Below, piece by piece: positions 50,172 through 64,000 of a stretch of 64,000 nucleotides of DNA. Origin of the DNA: Takakia lepidozioides. Its lineage: Eukaryota > Plantae > Bryophyta. The notes below the pieces were generated by a model. The model saw nothing but the letters and a program-made list of their open reading frames with translations, had not been told where the DNA came from and did no database searches. The position numbers and the translations under genes are program-made. How positions within the stretch are numbered: position 1 is the first letter of the stretch; the number at the start of each line of letters is the position of its first letter. The stretch is taken from NCBI GenBank assembly GCA_030704615.1, contig CM060733.1, forward strand, positions 60,202,001-60,266,000. The letters run 5' to 3'.

Positions 50172-51032
50172 GATTTTGAGTGCAAACTCATCAGTCAGTG
50201 AGGAGGGCACTGTAGCTGTCACTTTCGAAAGCGGTCATTGGTCGATAACCCGATTGTCGATGCAGTTTGTGACCGATCAGCCCGATTGTTTGGTAAGGGG
50301 ATTCAATGTGAGGAGAGATTGTGCAGTTTATGAACTCTGTTCATGTTAGAAAATCTTTGTTCGAGAGAACTACTGTATTGGCATTTGTTTGCTGCAAAAA
50401 TCCGAAGTGAGTTAGCGGAATGAAATCCCTGGCGGGTTCTGGCGAGAGGGAAGCTCGTAACGCACGTAACCCTCGTCGTCGTTCCGTGAAGGTGGATGAT
50501 GGACCCAAATCGGCTCATCCCGGAGGAGGTGTAACAGAAGCACTTTCGTCAATTTACCTCTCTTCGCCATTTTACACCGGTCGTGTGGATGTCCGTCTCG
50601 TCTCTCCAAGCATGGTGCCCCCAGAAAATATCCGTATTTAGATATGCTTTCTACGAGGTGACAAGACTGAAACGAGAGAAGGCAGAGCACAGCGAACCCG
50701 AAGCTAAAGATAGGAGACAACTATCGCCACAATCTTCTCAAGGATATGGCGGAGCTGGATATCGTGCAGTCTTTGACAGACATGATTTTCCGTGAAAGTG
50801 ACTGTTACATACCAGGTGATTTTTCCAGTTCTTCCAGTGTGATCACTCTTTGTTGAGAAATTTAAATGGTGTGGAGTCTGCAGGAGCCTCTACTTAGTAT
50901 TCTTGACATCTGCAAGCTCCCCACGCCCTTTTCTAGGTACTGGGAGATGCATACTGGTTGTAGTACTTAGAGTGGTACTGGCTTCTAGTTAACCAACGTC
51001 TTCTGATATAGCACTGACAGTTAACTAGTGTG
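50172..51032. repeat. Copy 2 of the ~870 bp direct duplication
   Basis: Colinear with 14240-15112, with substitutions and small indels. Confidence 0.9.
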
Positions 51033-54000
51033 TCAATTGAGCACTAAGCTTACCAGGTTTTGATTTCAGGACGATTTCAGGACTATATAGGCTACCGATG
51101 ACAGCACTGGTCCCTTTTTCTTTTGTAGTCTCTTCTCTGTGCTTTAGTAGAAGGCTACACAAGAAACATAACTTCAAGTAATGAGGTACGAGAATAGACC
51201 AGCCCTTTACCTGACACTTGGGACAACTTTGTCTTGGTACAAACAACGACATTTCTGGCTGGCTTCCGTGTTCTGATCTACGTGTCCTTATGTATATATC
51301 AACATTGGCCTTGAGCAATTAGGGGTGGTACAATGGCTATGTACGTCTTCCTCTTTTTCAATCCAATTTTGCAGCCAGGAGTTCCAGTATCTTTCAATCA
51401 ACGTATTACAGAAAACTAGGAGACGCTCGTGGCTCTGAAGCCCAGAAAATCCCGACAATTGTGAATTTTCCACCTCAGGTCTGACACCACACGACTCCTT
51501 CATGCATCTTAACTAGTACAGAACAGCACAGCTGAGTGTGGGAGCTCACCATCAAACTGAGTCGCACTCATGCCCCTTGTGTACGCCGCTATACCCCACT
51601 GGATAACTTAGCATGCAGAATGCAAGTTTGCTCCAGAGCCACAGCAACTGATAGATATCGACCTCGAGATCAAAGAAACAAAAGACCCATCTCCCTGGCA
51701 ATCGATCATGAACTCAGCAAGTCAAAGCACCACAGAGCAGCACACAATCACGCCATTTTCTCTGTTTCCTTTCTCTTTCCCCACCCCTCGTACAAATCGA
51801 TCTCGAAAGTCAGTTTGAGCTCGTTGAAACCGGAAAAGGAATTTCCCAAGTACATAAATAAAGCTCGCATTCCTTAACGTGCCAATATCAGAGCTGCTCT
51901 GCTGCTACGCTGCTGCACGATCTCCATCTCTCGCCATGACCCCCACCATTTCTGACGCCACTCTTTATTACCGTTGCATCGAACGTACCCGAATGATATC
52001 GTAGCATATTCTCAAACGATGCCATACGATGGATGGAAAGCAGCCTCATTCTTGCCAACGTTCCTGTCGGGCGGTGCACGTACGTCGCCGACCGCAACAT
52101 GTCGTCCGTTCTGTCGCACGAACGGATGTGAAGAACCCGGTAGTAAACGGACGTCGCCTGTCACCATCCATTCCGTTAAGGAGGTCCGCCGTCGCCACCG
52201 CTCTGTACATCCACTGCCGGTCGGAGGGGAACAAGAGAAGGCGATCCGGCGGGCCCGACCCGGGCAGGCGGTGGCCGTGACCGCCACACACATGGCATGC
52301 TCTGGGCACGCGCGGCGCGCACGACGCCGTGGCGCCCGCCCCGAGGCACGTGCCTCGCGGGTGGCAGCACGTGAGCTCCCCCGCACGTGTCTCATGCGGG
52401 GCCTGCGGTACCCGCGCCTTGACCATGGTTACTTTTGGGCGCCCCCGTACCTTTCCCCGAACTTCGAAGTTCGACTCGAGCACGGAAAGCGTACGCGCTG
52501 TCCCCGAATCGCAGAACCGCTTGGATCCCGTGACGAGTCTGTTCCCGCACATCGCATTGGACCGAGTTTTCGCTCCGTTTGAAACTTTTCGAAACTTTTG
52601 CGCACATTAAGTTATGGACAGTCGCACTTTTGGAGTGCGGGAGCGATGTTTAATTAGTGCGAGTGTCAGACGCATTGTCGCTGCAGAGTGCACATTCCCT
52701 GTTCAACGCTCCGCATGATTCACTTGTATCACTCTGTAGTCTGTACATCTAAAAACGCCTTCATTTTCCTTGGTGAGATACGAGCCCAAAGACAAAGCGA
52801 GCCTGTTGGCGAAAATTCGTTAAGAAAATAACGCTGTTTCGGAGACGAGGACCTTTGGCGCACACTGAAAGAGCAGTATTATTTGAATCCCGTTTCCCAA
52901 CCTATGATGGACGAGGTATGTTTCATCCGCCTGCACTGCGCTGGATGTACAGCAGGGCAGTTTTAAACATTTATCATCATTTCGCTGACACGAAATTAGT
53001 TCAAGTGTGAGTACAGATGAACCTGGGCCGGGCTAAGGTGGTGAGCGTGTAGTGTGGTACAGTAAAGCGACATTATGCACCTCCCAAGGTACTTGGGATT
53101 AGTTATGGTGGCATGTTGGTCCCCATTATTAGGGTTCTGTCAGTAATTAATGTGTTTTTCCGATTAATGCAAGTGTTCTTAGCGCATATTCTGACTGCAA
53201 ACTCGAGTTGAACTGAGATACGTGAGTTATGTATTAAATTCGAGATGAAATTTTTTGCCGACTCACATATTATTGTCATATTTTTTATTTTTTATGTTTT
53301 TCAAAAAGGAAACCTGCTCTTGATTCTTTACAAAACAAATTCCCCCTTCTCAAGGACCTGAATTGTGGGCGGTCGATCCCTGTTTCCCTTAAATAAAAAA
53401 TAAAAAATACAACCCAGGTTTTTTTTTTATAAAAAATTTAAAATTTCTTAGAAGGGATTGCTTTTCGAAGTTACATACTCCTGGAGACAAAGTGGTGCAG
53501 GGGCCGTCAGCTGTAGCTCTAAGTAATAACTTTTTCTTAAGAACTTTTTTTCTAATAACTCTGGCAACTTGATGTACTTATGTGCCTAAAAAGGCTATAA
53601 TAAAGTTTCATCCAGGGCCACTGTCCACTGTTTCCCAAAAAAAAAAAAAAAACAAAAAAAGGCAGTCTGGGATAAATAGCATTGACTCTCATATTCAATT
53701 CCTTTACTGGAGTTCTCACTCTCAGTAAGTAATTCCTACGTTTCTACGAAAAGCCCAGCATCACGAAATTGCTTTAGTGCACGCGGCGGCATGGCATTGG
53801 AGCGAAAAGTATGGAGAGGGAGGCTGGTGTGAAACGGGGCGTGCGGAGAGAGGCAAGATATAAAAGGGGGGGCCTTGCCAGGCTCACTTTACCCTATCGC
53901 TCTGCCTGCCTCTATCTGCGAGACGGACATTCAGCCTGCCATATTCGCGCTCGAGGTGGAGTGTTGTGGAGATTGAGTGGGGGCGTGAGAGGCACTCGGA

Positions 54001-54064
54001 TTTTTGGAGTGGGTCTGTGTGCGTTTGTGTGATCGGGGGGAAGAGAGGTGTGAGGTTGGTAGAG

Positions 54065-57000
54065 ATGGCGGGGTTTGTGAAGAATTTGAAATTGAGGGAA
54101 GAGTTGGAGAAGGCATGCAAGGGGCAAGAGAGCGTTGTGGTTCTGCATTTCTGGGCGGAATGGTGCGAGCCGTGCAAAGTGATGGACCCTGTGTTCACAC
54201 AGCTCTCTGTGGACACGCCTCAGGCTCAATTCTTTCGAGTAAGGCCCACCTCCTCTGTGTTTGCCCCTTGAATCTTCACTCGAGTGAACCTTGTGACCGG
54301 AATGTTTGGAAACCTCTGGGCTTTCTTTCCCCGTAAAATTCCCTCCTGTGTGTTTCTACCTTTCAAGAATCCTCACTCGGGTGAACCTTTTGACCAGAAA
54401 CCAACTGTTCGCGAGAGCCAGGGAAATCTCTGGCCTTTTTTCCCACTTCAAAATTGCTGTTGGGATGAAACCGTTTCAAGACTGACGTCGAGAGGGACAG
54501 TACAGCTGTATAATTTGTTGGGGGCCGGGTGCTATGGACCTGATCATAGCCGAAGGTCGGAGGGAACGAGAAGTGAGTGCGTCTCTCTCTTTCGCCACTG
54601 GCATGGCCATGTCCCAGTACCTTCCGAGTACGCCTTTTCGAATTGATAGCTCTAGTCTTTTTTGTGTAGAACTAGAGCTATCCAGTAAACTTTTGTGACA
54701 CACGCACCGTGTGGGCCACTATTTGTTCGCGGAATGAGTCATCCTCTTTCGCTACTGCCCTGGCCATGTTCCAGTACCTTCCGAGTACGCCTATTCGAAT
54801 TGATAGTTCCAGTCTTTTTGTCTCATACTAGAGTTCTCCAGTAAACTTTTGTGACGCACACGCACAGTGTGGGCCACTATTGTTCGCCAGACTGCATTGA
54901 ACCTAGTATGTAACCAACGTAATCTCTAAAGTAGCAGGAACCACAGCGTAATGTCAAAGAACCACAGCGTAACAAGCTTATGGACGTGGTTCCTTAGTGG
55001 AGGCATTGTTTATAAATTCGTCTGTGAACTTTCGACTATCATATGTTCTGGTTCAGGGAACCCCATCATCTTTGTCATTATTCTGAGCACCTGTATCTGT
55101 GGGTACTTGTCTTTAAAGTGATCTGATGAGGAATGTGTCACTTCTATTTTTAGTTATTCCGCTTCTGTGTCTGGGCCCCAATTTATCCTCCCCTTTCCTA
55201 CTGTATGTCTCGATGGGTCACTGCATGTATCCTTAATTTAAGAGAAGACTTCATCAAATCGGCATTCTCAGGGGGTCTCCTAAAGATTTTTCTGGTACAT
55301 TTGACAGTTTGTGTCCTACAATCTGAGAGGAGCCAACAGCTTGCTAGTAAGTGTGAGAGTTGGAGACAAAAGCATTATCGAGATCTTCCTTGTGGTGGTT
55401 CGGTATTAACATGTTGAGAATTTTTTTTGTGTCATGCACTCCTTGCTTAAGATTGATTAAGGATGAAGAGAAGTGGTTCTTGGTGAGGACTAGTGCATCT
55501 TTATAATCAACAGCTTTCTCCTACTGGGTTGGTACGGTTGAAGTCATCCACAGGGCACACAGCCGTAATGAAGAACTTTTTCTATGGAACGTCTTATGAT
55601 TGTTCCGTGGTTTCAAGATCCTCAAGTGCTTACTCATGGTTTGCAACATTCCAACATTTGTGTCTCGAATATTTTCTTTACTGTCAACAGTTTCATCTTA
55701 GGAAGACAGTCCACCAGGTTTTAGCCTGGCCAGCCTCAAGAGAAATGGACAGATGTGGTGTGAGGTGTCTCCTGAGGGGAATGAGAGGGTAATGAAAACA
55801 TGTGGTCAAAATTGTTGTATAAAAGTAAAAGGGACAGCATCACCTTGCAGGGCCCCACGTCGCTCTAAGGTGTTGATATTGACCAATCTGTAGGCTTTGT
55901 TCATTTCAGTGTTTGACACAATTTTCCTGTTTGCTTCAGAAGCTTTGGCTTAAATTGGTTATCAATAGGTGATGACCAGCTATGTCTGTCATTGGGCTCC
56001 TGGTGTATGATGCAGACTATGTATTCAGCAATAATTCACTAGCTGGAGCAGCAGCCCTGGAACAACTTCGACTAGTTATCTAACATTTGAGAAAGGGCAG
56101 GACTGTTGCCTTTTGTGAAGTATATCTTGGGCAGCAAGTAGTTGTCTCATCTTAGGTTTCCTGGAGGTCCTGAGGAAAAATATCATAGGCCGCTCCAATG
56201 TAGTGGATTGGTCTTGGCCAAGTGGTGTTTAATGTTGGTTTATGTGAACAGGTGGAGGCAGAGGAGCAGCCTGAAATTTCTGAGTTATATGAAGTGTCCG
56301 CTGTGCCTTACTTTGTGTTTTTGAAGGTAGATTGTCTGTACTGATGTAATCCCAATCATTGTTAAGCTTTGACACCCTGTGCTTTGAGGTTTTCTCTTTC
56401 TCTCACATGACAAAAACAAGTGACAACTGTAGTTAATCTCTCTCCTCTCAGCTGCTCTTATCTCCTTTCTCCCTCTTTTTCCTGCTGTGTCCAGAAATAG
56501 TGTAAGGTCGAGGGTGACATGGCTATAGCAAGCAAAGTTAATCATCATCTCAGTGTGTGTGAGAGCCCCACTTAACTTCATCATGGGTGGCTATTCAGGG
56601 TGGGGTGGTGGTGGACAAGCTACAAGGCGCCAATGCCCCTGAACTTGCAAACAAAGTTGCCAAATGGGCAGGGCCCAACACCTCTGTAACAGCTGCTGTC
56701 CCTGCCAGCCTGGGATTTGCTGCAGGACCTGCTGTCCTGGAAGCTGTTGCCGGTGCATTAGCCGCTATCCCAGCAGTGCCCAATGGGAGTGTAGCAAAGG
56801 ATACCCTTCCCGAAGTTCAGAAAGAAAACCTCCATGAACTAGTGAATCGGAAGCCCGTGATGCTGTTCATGAAGGGAACACCAGAGGAGCCTCGCTGTGG
56901 GTTTAGTGGCAAGGTGGTGAATGCCCTGGAGCAAGAAGGCATTGAGTTTGGCAGCTTCAACATTCTGAGTGATGAGATCGTGAGACAGAATTTGAAGGAA

Positions 57001-58850
57001 TTTTCAAACTGGCCCACATTCCCACAGCTCTATGTCAAGGGGGAGCTTATTGGTGGGTGTGATATTGTTCTGGAGATGCACCAAAACGGAGAGCTGAAGG
57101 AGGTCAGTTAGCCATTGCAGTTCTATCTCTTCATTGCTTCTTGACGACTGTTGGTGGTGGTAATTGTTGTCAGTGGGGCTGCATGTGTAGAACTTTTTTG
57201 TGCATGTTTGTCCCTCTTCATTCGCAGTGCTGCATTGTGTTTGATCCTGCATAATTATTCTTGTCCCAGCCATTCAATGTCACACTTGTGTTAGGGACCA
57301 ACCAGGTTGAAAGCGATTGTGCTCATTTTTTTATGTCTGGTCTATTTGATTGGTCTGTTAATATGTTGATTTCCCTCTATCGCTCTATTATTCAATCTCT
57401 CCCTCTATTTGTCAAAGTTAGCAGTCCAACGGAGTCTCGCGGCTCCTTCCAATGCCGGCACATAATACATGCACTTCTGGTCATTTGACATTTGAGCCAT
57501 CCCAAAGCTGCCATCGTGTTTTTGGTTTGCTTTAGTGTTGCATCAACTAACCAAGACCAGAGAACTCCTGGACAGGTGTTTGCTGAGAAGGGGTTGCTGC
57601 CCGTCACTGCTGCACCAAACCCAGAACCAGCTGAAGCACCCCTAGTCTCTGTAGCTGACACACCTAAGGGAGAACCTGCAGTGGATGCAACACCCCCAGT
57701 CCCTGGACTTGCTGTGCTCAAGGCAAAACCAGAACCAGCTGCAGCACCCCCAGTGTCAGAACCAACTGTCGACAAATCAATGCCTACCACGTCACCAGCC
57801 CTCAGTACAGCGCCTCCGAATGGAGTGATAGAGAACGGCAGTGTGCCTGTGAAAGAGTCTGAGACAAATACTACCCCTGCTCTCATGGGCGAAGAATTGA
57901 AGGCAAAATTAAGTAAGCTTGTGAATGAGCGTCCAATTATGTTGTTTATGAAGGGAAGTCCAACAGACCCTCGTTGTGGGTTCACCCGCAAGGTGGTTCA
58001 AGCCTTAGGGGAAGAGGGCCTTGACTATGGCAGCTTCAACATTCTTAGTGATGAGAATGTGAGGCAGGGCTTGAAGGAGTTCTCCAACTGGCCCACATTC
58101 CCCCAACTATACATCAAGGGGGAGTTTGTTGGTGGTTGCGACATTGTCCTGGAAATGCACCAGAATGGGGAGCTGAAGCAGGTGGGTTTCTTACTTACCA
58201 AAACCTTTTTCATGAGTTGCTTAAAGGAAAAGGGTTGTAAAAAAAGCTCACTTTTCTGGACAAATCTCCCTCCATATTTAGTAGCACTGATTACACAAAT
58301 GGTAATAACTTGTCTTCTTCTCAGTTCTGATCACTTTACTTTCATGTGAAAGGACTGAGGAGGATTTGGTTCAGCACAGATGAATCCACAAGAACTTTGG
58401 AAGTAAGTTCAGGTAGTGGATACAAAATGAGAGAATGAATCTCTTTCTCAGTGAGAGTATTTGGATTCTGTCTGTTACTCACTTTGCCCACCTCAAACTG
58501 TCCCCTTGAAGCAGGTTTTGGCAGAGAAGGAGTTACTACCTCAAGAGAGCCTGGATGCCCGGTTGAAGAAGCTGATTGATTCATCAAAGACTATGCTGTT
58601 CATGAAGGGAACCCCTGATGAACCCCGCTGCGGATTTAGCAATAAGGTAGTGACAGCATTGAGAGAGGAGAGCGTGGAGTTTGGCAGCTTTGACATATTG
58701 GGTGATGAGGAAGTTAGGCAAGGCTTGAAGACATTCTCAAATTGGCCCACGTACCCACAGCTTTATCACAAGGGAGAGCTTCTGGGTGGATGCGATATTG
58801 TACTGGAGATGAAAGCCAATGGAGAGTTGAAGTCATCATTGGCGGAGTGA
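54065..58850 (+). CDS. GRXS17: Monothiol glutaredoxin S17 (TRX-like + three GRX domains)
   Basis: Exons 54065-54238 ([11 protein letters not shown]), 56252-56326 ([25 protein letters not shown]), 56599-57102 ([11 protein letters not shown]; [13 protein letters not shown]; [14 protein letters not shown]), 57576-58181 (CGFT) and 58515-58850 (CGFS, TGA). Confidence 0.97.
54573..54888. repeat. ~158 bp tandem duplication in GRXS17 intron 1
   Basis: Two adjacent copies of TGGCCATGT.CCAGTACCTTCCGAGTACGCCT...GTGTGGGCCACTATT; copy 1 has the 12-bp inverted repeat GATAGCTCTAGT/ACTAGAGCTATC. Confidence 0.9.
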
Positions 58851-60229
58851 AATAGCTCCCCAAGTTGGTTGTGCAGGGGAAGTGTCCCAAACAGTCCCTA
58901 TCAAAACTCAAATCTCGTCCCATAGGAGCAAGTTGAAATGGCTTGTGTGACTAAATGGCAAGAAGGACGTTGCTTCGTGGAAGACACTGTCGTGGGCCTG
59001 TTCTGGCTCAAGTGTGAGAATATCACAATGGAACAAAATAAAATCTCTTGTCTCTTGTGAAGTGGAAGAGTTCGTGGAGTCCTAATGATGTTCGTAGTGG
59101 CAAAAAGCTACAATGAATGTGAATAAGTGGAGGCAGATCAAGATGATGACCTTGTCATAAGTGTACATCTTCCAAGTGTACACCATTTGGCACCTGTGTT
59201 AAGCACTGAAAGGATCATTCCCTGGATAGTCTGCATATTGGTGCAGCTACTGAGCAGATCTTACAGGAAGCTCTTATGCTTTCCTGAACCTGCACAATGG
59301 AATTATGTACCAAGAAATGGAAGATTGCAGGCAGATTCATCATAGAAGGAAAACAGCATTTGACTGAAACTTGTTTCAACTTTTGCTAGTTTGTTTGGAG
59401 ATGGATGAGATACATCTGGATTGTACATGGGGAAGCCTTTTACTCAGGCCGATGTGCTTCCATCTGGAAATATCTCCTCGGACACTGGGGCGTTAGCATA
59501 GTCTAAAACAGGCAGTGCCCATGCAGTCATTTCACATTACTTTTCATTTGTCCAGAATTCAAAGAGCCCAGATCTGTCTCTGGAAAGTTGCATGTGGCAA
59601 AGTTGCATGACCTCTCTTTCTATGGGTGTGTTTAGTGCCATGATGTCACTAGATAAATTGGGTGTCACAAGACAAGCAACAAAAATCTGCTTTACCTTAT
59701 TTCAAAACATAGTTTGATCACCTCAACCTGGGATGTTATTTGACACCTTCAGCGAGTTGTCAGGAGACTTTGCAACTCAGGGTTTGATTGGGCTACACAA
59801 CATAGCTTGTCCTGAACTGGCCTCTACTTTTACACTACGTTTTAGTCACCTTACAGATATAGATATGGTCTGAGGTGTAGATCTAAGAACCATTCACAAC
59901 TTTTTCAAGGGTTCTCATATTTGCTATGAAGTCAATAGGATAATAGATCAGAGTATCCATCAAGAAAGTACTTGAAAGCATATAAATCTTTTACAAGGTC
60001 TGTCGCTGTTTCCTAGACATTCAACTTCGATTAGATCCTTCCATTTCCACTATCACAAAATACTCACGTGATTGCCATCAGACCATTCCTAACCTGGAGG
60101 AACCCCTCTGGCCAGGGTGCTCAACCTCCCTAATCACTGAAGAGGTGGCAATCACCATTCAATGGGAAATTATTGTGTCAAATTTCAAGCACGAATTCTG
60201 CAATACAAACAGACGGTTGGAAATCTACT

Positions 60230-61810
<1,581 letters not shown>

Positions 61811-62399
61811 AACTGCAAGATCCAAACAAGTCGCAGAAGGAAGACAAGAGGGATGCCGAAAGGAGTAGAAAAATTCCGACTGATTCTGTGCTAGGCAAAT
61901 TCACAACGCAGCAGGAAAAGCAGAGAGAGGTCTTGCAGACAGACGAAGAAGAAACCCTAATCCGCCCTAACCCTAATTCACATTATTATCCTGGCTTCGT
62001 AAAGAGGTACGTGGCTATATCTTGACCGTCCCCTACGTGTCCAGTCTTAAAAATAAACTAAACAAGGTAGCATCGGATGGATGACAAATAGATTCGATTG
62101 GATGAACGTTATGGTTGGACGCTGTGAGGAGTCACAAGTGCCAGGAGCGACACGTGGCGATCACGGGTCTACCAAACCCAGGATTAATCGCGGGTTCAGG
62201 GTTTTAGGGGACCGGGGAACGCAGAGGAATAGGCCGGGTACCGAGCTCGGCTATGGCTTCTGACTCCTGAGGAAGACGGATCATCGATCCTGAGCCAGTG
62301 ATCGTGTCTCAGAATTCCGTGTAGAGCTTTGGGTTGCAGATTGGCAGTTAGTTTCGGAGGAATATCAAATCGGGTGCAATTCTGTACCAGCTGGTCGTC
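61811..62399. promoter_or_regulatory. Short divergent intergenic region with telo-box motifs
   Basis: AAACCCTAA at ~61952, CCCTAACCCTAA at ~61965 and TTAGGG at ~62204; telo-boxes are typical of plant ribosomal protein promoters. Confidence 0.6.
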
Positions 62400-63876
62400 A
62401 TGGCGCTGTGTCTGTTGCGCCCACCATCCCTCTCCTCTTCATCTCTTGCCTCCGCTCCCCTTATGTTCCCTTGTCAGATAAATCCATTGGATTTCTTCCC
62501 TTGTTCTATGGTTGGGCTTCCGTCATCTTCTCTCTCGGATAAACCTTCAAATAGACGAAGGATGCTGATACAATGGCGTTCCAGCGACAATCGGAGAACT
62601 AAGCTAGTTACATTTGTAGGTAAAGGAGGCGTGGGGAAAACATTCTCTGCAGTTTTCGCGGCACAGGTATGCACTTCTTCTATGCATGCATTGGTCGTAT
62701 GCTTTGTATCTGAGCTGTGGAGGGTTATTGTCTTGGATTCAAATTCGGCTCCGCATGGCCTGACAAAGAGGGAGTGGGAAGAGATTGAAGAGAAAATACC
62801 AATTTTAATGACGGGTATGATCTTCCTCAAGATCCACAGGTTCCAATTGTAGGATACTTTTGTGTGTGCCTGGATGCCTCCGGAGAGCAATGCCACATTT
62901 GGCAGGCGGAGATTTACATGATTAGCCATCCAGATTTATCTTACACTTCATGGAGTGTGTATGTGGAGATGTATCTACCAATGATCGAAAGCTGACATTG
63001 AAAGATTCTGTCCAAAACTTTCCCCAAAATCCTCACGCCAAATTGTTACGACCATTTGCAGAAGGGCAACATGATAAGTTGATTTTTGAAATGGACATAA
63101 ACATTTCTATACATTATCTCCTGGACAGCACCATCACTTGAGAAAAGGGGTATCTTAAGATGGATGTTGGTGATTGGGGGTCCAAAGTATCATGTCAGGC
63201 CTCTTCCTGAAAAATGAAAATGTGGATAGTGGAGGTGATGGTGGGTGCTGTGGCCATGCATTGACAGGGAACTCTGGGCAGGGGCCATGGCTGCCTTGCG
63301 GTCAGCCGAGAGGTGAGAAGGGGCCATAACGGGTGTGCTTGCTGAGTGTGCAGTACTATGCCAGCACTGGCCTCCGCACCTGCCTCCTTGTCCAATCCCA
63401 GGACTCCACTGCTGATCTTCTCCTTGGCCAAAAGCTAAGCAGCACTCCTGCTTCTTTCAGGGATGGTACTCTTACAGCTCTAAGACTGGAGACTACCAAG
63501 GTTCTCTTTCACACCTCTTCTTTGTGTCATTTTGGCTAGACCATTCAGATAGCAGTTGCTTAGTTGAGCAGCAGCATGTTTGAATTGGGAGAGATGATTG
63601 ACATATTTATGTCATTGCTGGTTGGGTTTGACCCCGAAACATTACAACATTGGACATGCATAGCTCTCTATCAGACAGGATCATCATTTGCAAGATTGGG
63701 CTTTACTTCAGTGCATGAGGTATGAGAGTGGGATGCCGCATCTGACAATTATGGTCGTTAGATGCTATGTCTCAACAATGCATGACACGGGGCATGTGTA
63801 GATGCTGGTTGAGCCATTGGCCCAATTCAAGAAAGCAGATGCACGCCTTAATTTCAGCCAAGGAGCTCTTGATGAG
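62400..63876 (+). CDS. GET3d: Plastid ArsA/GET3-family ATPase (At1g26090-like), first three exons; continues past the window
   Basis: Ser-rich transit-like N-terminus; KLVTFVGKGGVGKT deviant P-loop (exon 62400-62666); YYASTGLRTCLLVQSQD...LRLETTK (63354-63500); MLVEPLAQFKKADARLNFSQGALDE (63802-63876). Confidence 0.9.
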
Positions 63877-64000
63877 GTCTGTCATTCTTTCTTGACACCT
63901 TGCTTGATTTGAAATCAGATCAGAACTGCTGGACTATGGGGATGGTCAGGCTGGTTTTTTGTCTTTATTTGTACAGTGAACTTGTTGTCAAAGATAGTAT

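Noticed and set aside
50412-50720. Secreted CLE/TDIF-like peptide ORF (hydrophobic N-terminus, YELPSRQNPP)
   Set aside because: It starts at TTG directly after an in-frame TAG, matches the 12-aa CLE motif poorly, and the frame is not kept in the paralogous copy at ~14.5 kb.
14240-51032. The two ~870 bp copies as LTRs of one giant retroelement
   Set aside because: No TG..CA ends, PBS, PPT or TSD were found, and the content looks like exon/intron remnants.
51974-52610. Overlapping 130-200 aa ORFs on both strands
   Set aside because: Expected from high GC content and stop-codon scarcity; Arg/Ala-rich with no motif.

Overview
Eukaryotic plant nuclear DNA with GT-AG introns; gene content and repeats look bryophyte-like, but the species cannot be determined from the sequence. 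Conserved host genes sit at both ends. Left: an F-box protein 7 (FBP7/SKIP32-like, minus strand, runs off the left edge) and an RS2Z-type SR splicing factor. Right: GRXS17, RPS3 and a GET3d/At1g26090-like ATPase that runs off the right edge. Between them lies a ~34 kb nest of decayed transposons (~16.2-49.8 kb), bracketed by two copies of an ~870 bp segment. The nest holds a Ty1/copia remnant; a CACTA element whose transposase appears split by a ~17 kb inversion; a Mutator-like (MULE/SWIM) transposase; a Ty3/gypsy remnant with a dUTPase-like domain; a second, non-autonomous CACTA; and a small TIR element with an 8-bp TSD. Both CACTAs carry FCP1/NIF phosphatase-like cargo. The most unusual module lies head-to-head with the MULE transposase. 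It is a duplicated acidic first exon; copy 1 is followed by ~27 regularly spaced 36-bp palindromes (GCTCAAACAGTGTGCG-N4-CGCACACTGTTTGAGC), and copy 2 by five palindromes with the same core but different arms. Copy 2 splices to an exon that resembles a ParB/Srx fold and is truncated at WDGN. All family assignments come from motifs recognised by eye; no searches were run.
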